Positions 63,075 through 64,000 of a stretch of DNA of 64,000 nt are shown here, one piece after another. The stretch's first letter is position 1. Every line of letters begins with the position of its first letter. Made by a program: the position numbers and the translations under genes. Location: the NCBI GenBank assembly GCA_000165345.1, contig CM000435.1, forward strand, positions 64,001 through 128,000. The letters run 5' to 3'. A model generated the notes under the pieces. It was not told the DNA's origin and searched no databases. It saw only the letters and a program-made list of their open reading frames with translations.

Positions 63075-64000
63075 ATGAAGAAAGAGTTGGTATTTTTGAT
63101 TATAATATCCATATTAATTAAATTATCCTTCTTTATCTTGGTTGAACATGACTTAGAAGATTATACCAATGGATTCTTTGGTATTTTAGGTCAAAATTTT
63201 GGTGAAGTCTTGGAGTTTTGCGCATTAAAAGAATATGGAATTTCTACTTATTATGAATCAAAGAGAGTCAATTTCCCTGCTGTATTTATGGAATTAATTT
63301 CAGGTTTATGCAGTTCAATTAACTCAAAAAATGGATTAATTTTTCCATTTCTTGCTATTAATTTAATTCAAATTCTACAGGGAATACTAATTTATTCATA
63401 TTTAATTAAAAGTTATCCAATATTATCAACTATATCCAAAACTATTATAGAAAAAAATAATTATGAATTATGCGTAAATATGTTAGTTGGAATATTTTGG
63501 ATTAACCCAATCTCTATATATACCAGCTCTTTACTTTCTTTTGGTATTGAATTTGAGCTATTTTTACAACTTTTATTATTATGGATTTCTATTGATTCCA
63601 GCCATAAGTTCAGAGCATTATTACCAATCATTTCTGGAATTAATGTCTACTATTCTCCTACTGTATCCATTTCATTAATTCCTTCAACTTTAACTCTATT
63701 TTTATCTGGTAATCAACATTTTTTAAAGTTCAATACATGCCCACAATTATTTGATAATTTTAAAATGCATTTCAAACATTTTTGGATTAATTTTCTATCA
63801 AATTACTTTAATTTCAGAAATATATTAAAGATTATATTGTTCTTTACCTCATTTACAATCACATTTTTATCTTTACATATTTTTTCTTTCATCATTATTA
63901 ATCATCAAAATAGCCACCATATATTAACTTTCAAAGAATACTTTTATACTTTTATTGTTCAAAATTTCACTTTATTGGAAAATAAAGATCTTAACCCATA
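63075..64000 (+). CDS. Polytopic membrane protein, 5' part (ORF continues beyond window end). Not in ORF track
   Basis: Hand translation from the ATG at 63075 gives 308 codons without a stop to position 64000: MKKELVFLIIISILIKLSFFILVEHDLEDYTNGFFGILGQNFGEVLEFCALKEYGISTYYESKRVNFPAVFMELISGL... At least 7 hydrophobic helices. GCATGC-motif cluster 500-600 nt upstream. No family assignment possible. Confidence 0.5.
   Translation, partial: MKKELVFLIIISILIKLSFFILVEHDLEDYTNGFFGILGQNFGEVLEFCALKEYGISTYYESKRVNFPAVFMELISGLCSSINSKNGLIFPFLAINLIQILQGILIYSYLIKSYPILSTISKTIIEKNNYELCVNMLVGIFWINPISIYTSSLLSFGIEFELFLQLLLLWISIDSSHKFRALLPIISGINVYYSPTVSISLIPSTLTLFLSGNQHFLKFNTCPQLFDNFKMHFKHFWINFLSNYFNFRNILKIILFFTSFTITFLSLHIFSFIIINHQNSHHILTFKEYFYTFIVQNFTLLENKDLNP

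Overview
This 64 kb window is AT-rich (about 30% GC), gene-dense, nuclear eukaryotic DNA, not a prokaryotic accessory region. Gene content and organisation point to an apicomplexan of the genus Cryptosporidium, possibly a chromosome-7-like region of C. parvum/hominis. The key evidence is an adjacent LDH/MDH paralog pair in which LDH carries Gly and MDH carries Arg at the substrate-specificity position. Supporting evidence: a BiP ending in HDEL, an LCCL/ricin/discoidin CCp-family adhesin, and pervasive GCATGC and TTTGGCGCCAAA (E2F-like) promoter motifs. Most genes are single-exon with short intergenic spacers. I support about 29 protein-coding genes. These include two CDK-like kinases, a Rad21 kleisin, an LCCL adhesin, RPL18A, TM9SF, GRASP, BiP, an alpha/beta hydrolase, a 2-phosphoglycerate-kinase-like P-loop protein, a 2044-aa SNF2/PHD/RING (SHPRH-like) helicase with several in-frame tandem repeat arrays, RIO2, CDP-DAG synthase, a divergent P-type ATPase, MDH, LDH, an Rtr1/RPAP2-like protein and a cyclophilin-WD40 (PPWD1) protein. 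Three small intron-containing genes are not in the ORF track but are supported by sequence: Pol III subunit RPC11, prefoldin subunit 4 and a small coiled-coil protein. A further ORF (63075 onward) runs off the window end and is also missing from the track. There are no tRNA or rRNA genes, CRISPR arrays or mobile elements that I can support. The ORF track uses non-ATG (TTG/GTG) starts for several genes; I corrected these to the first in-frame ATG. Notable non-coding signals are E2F-like GGCGCC palindromes, including a perfect 24-bp palindrome and a double palindrome, in almost every 5' intergenic region. A GCATGC motif is recurrently paired with ATGTGGAC. Promoter-like motif clusters also sit in two 3'-3' (convergent) intergenic regions, which hints at unannotated non-coding or antisense transcripts.
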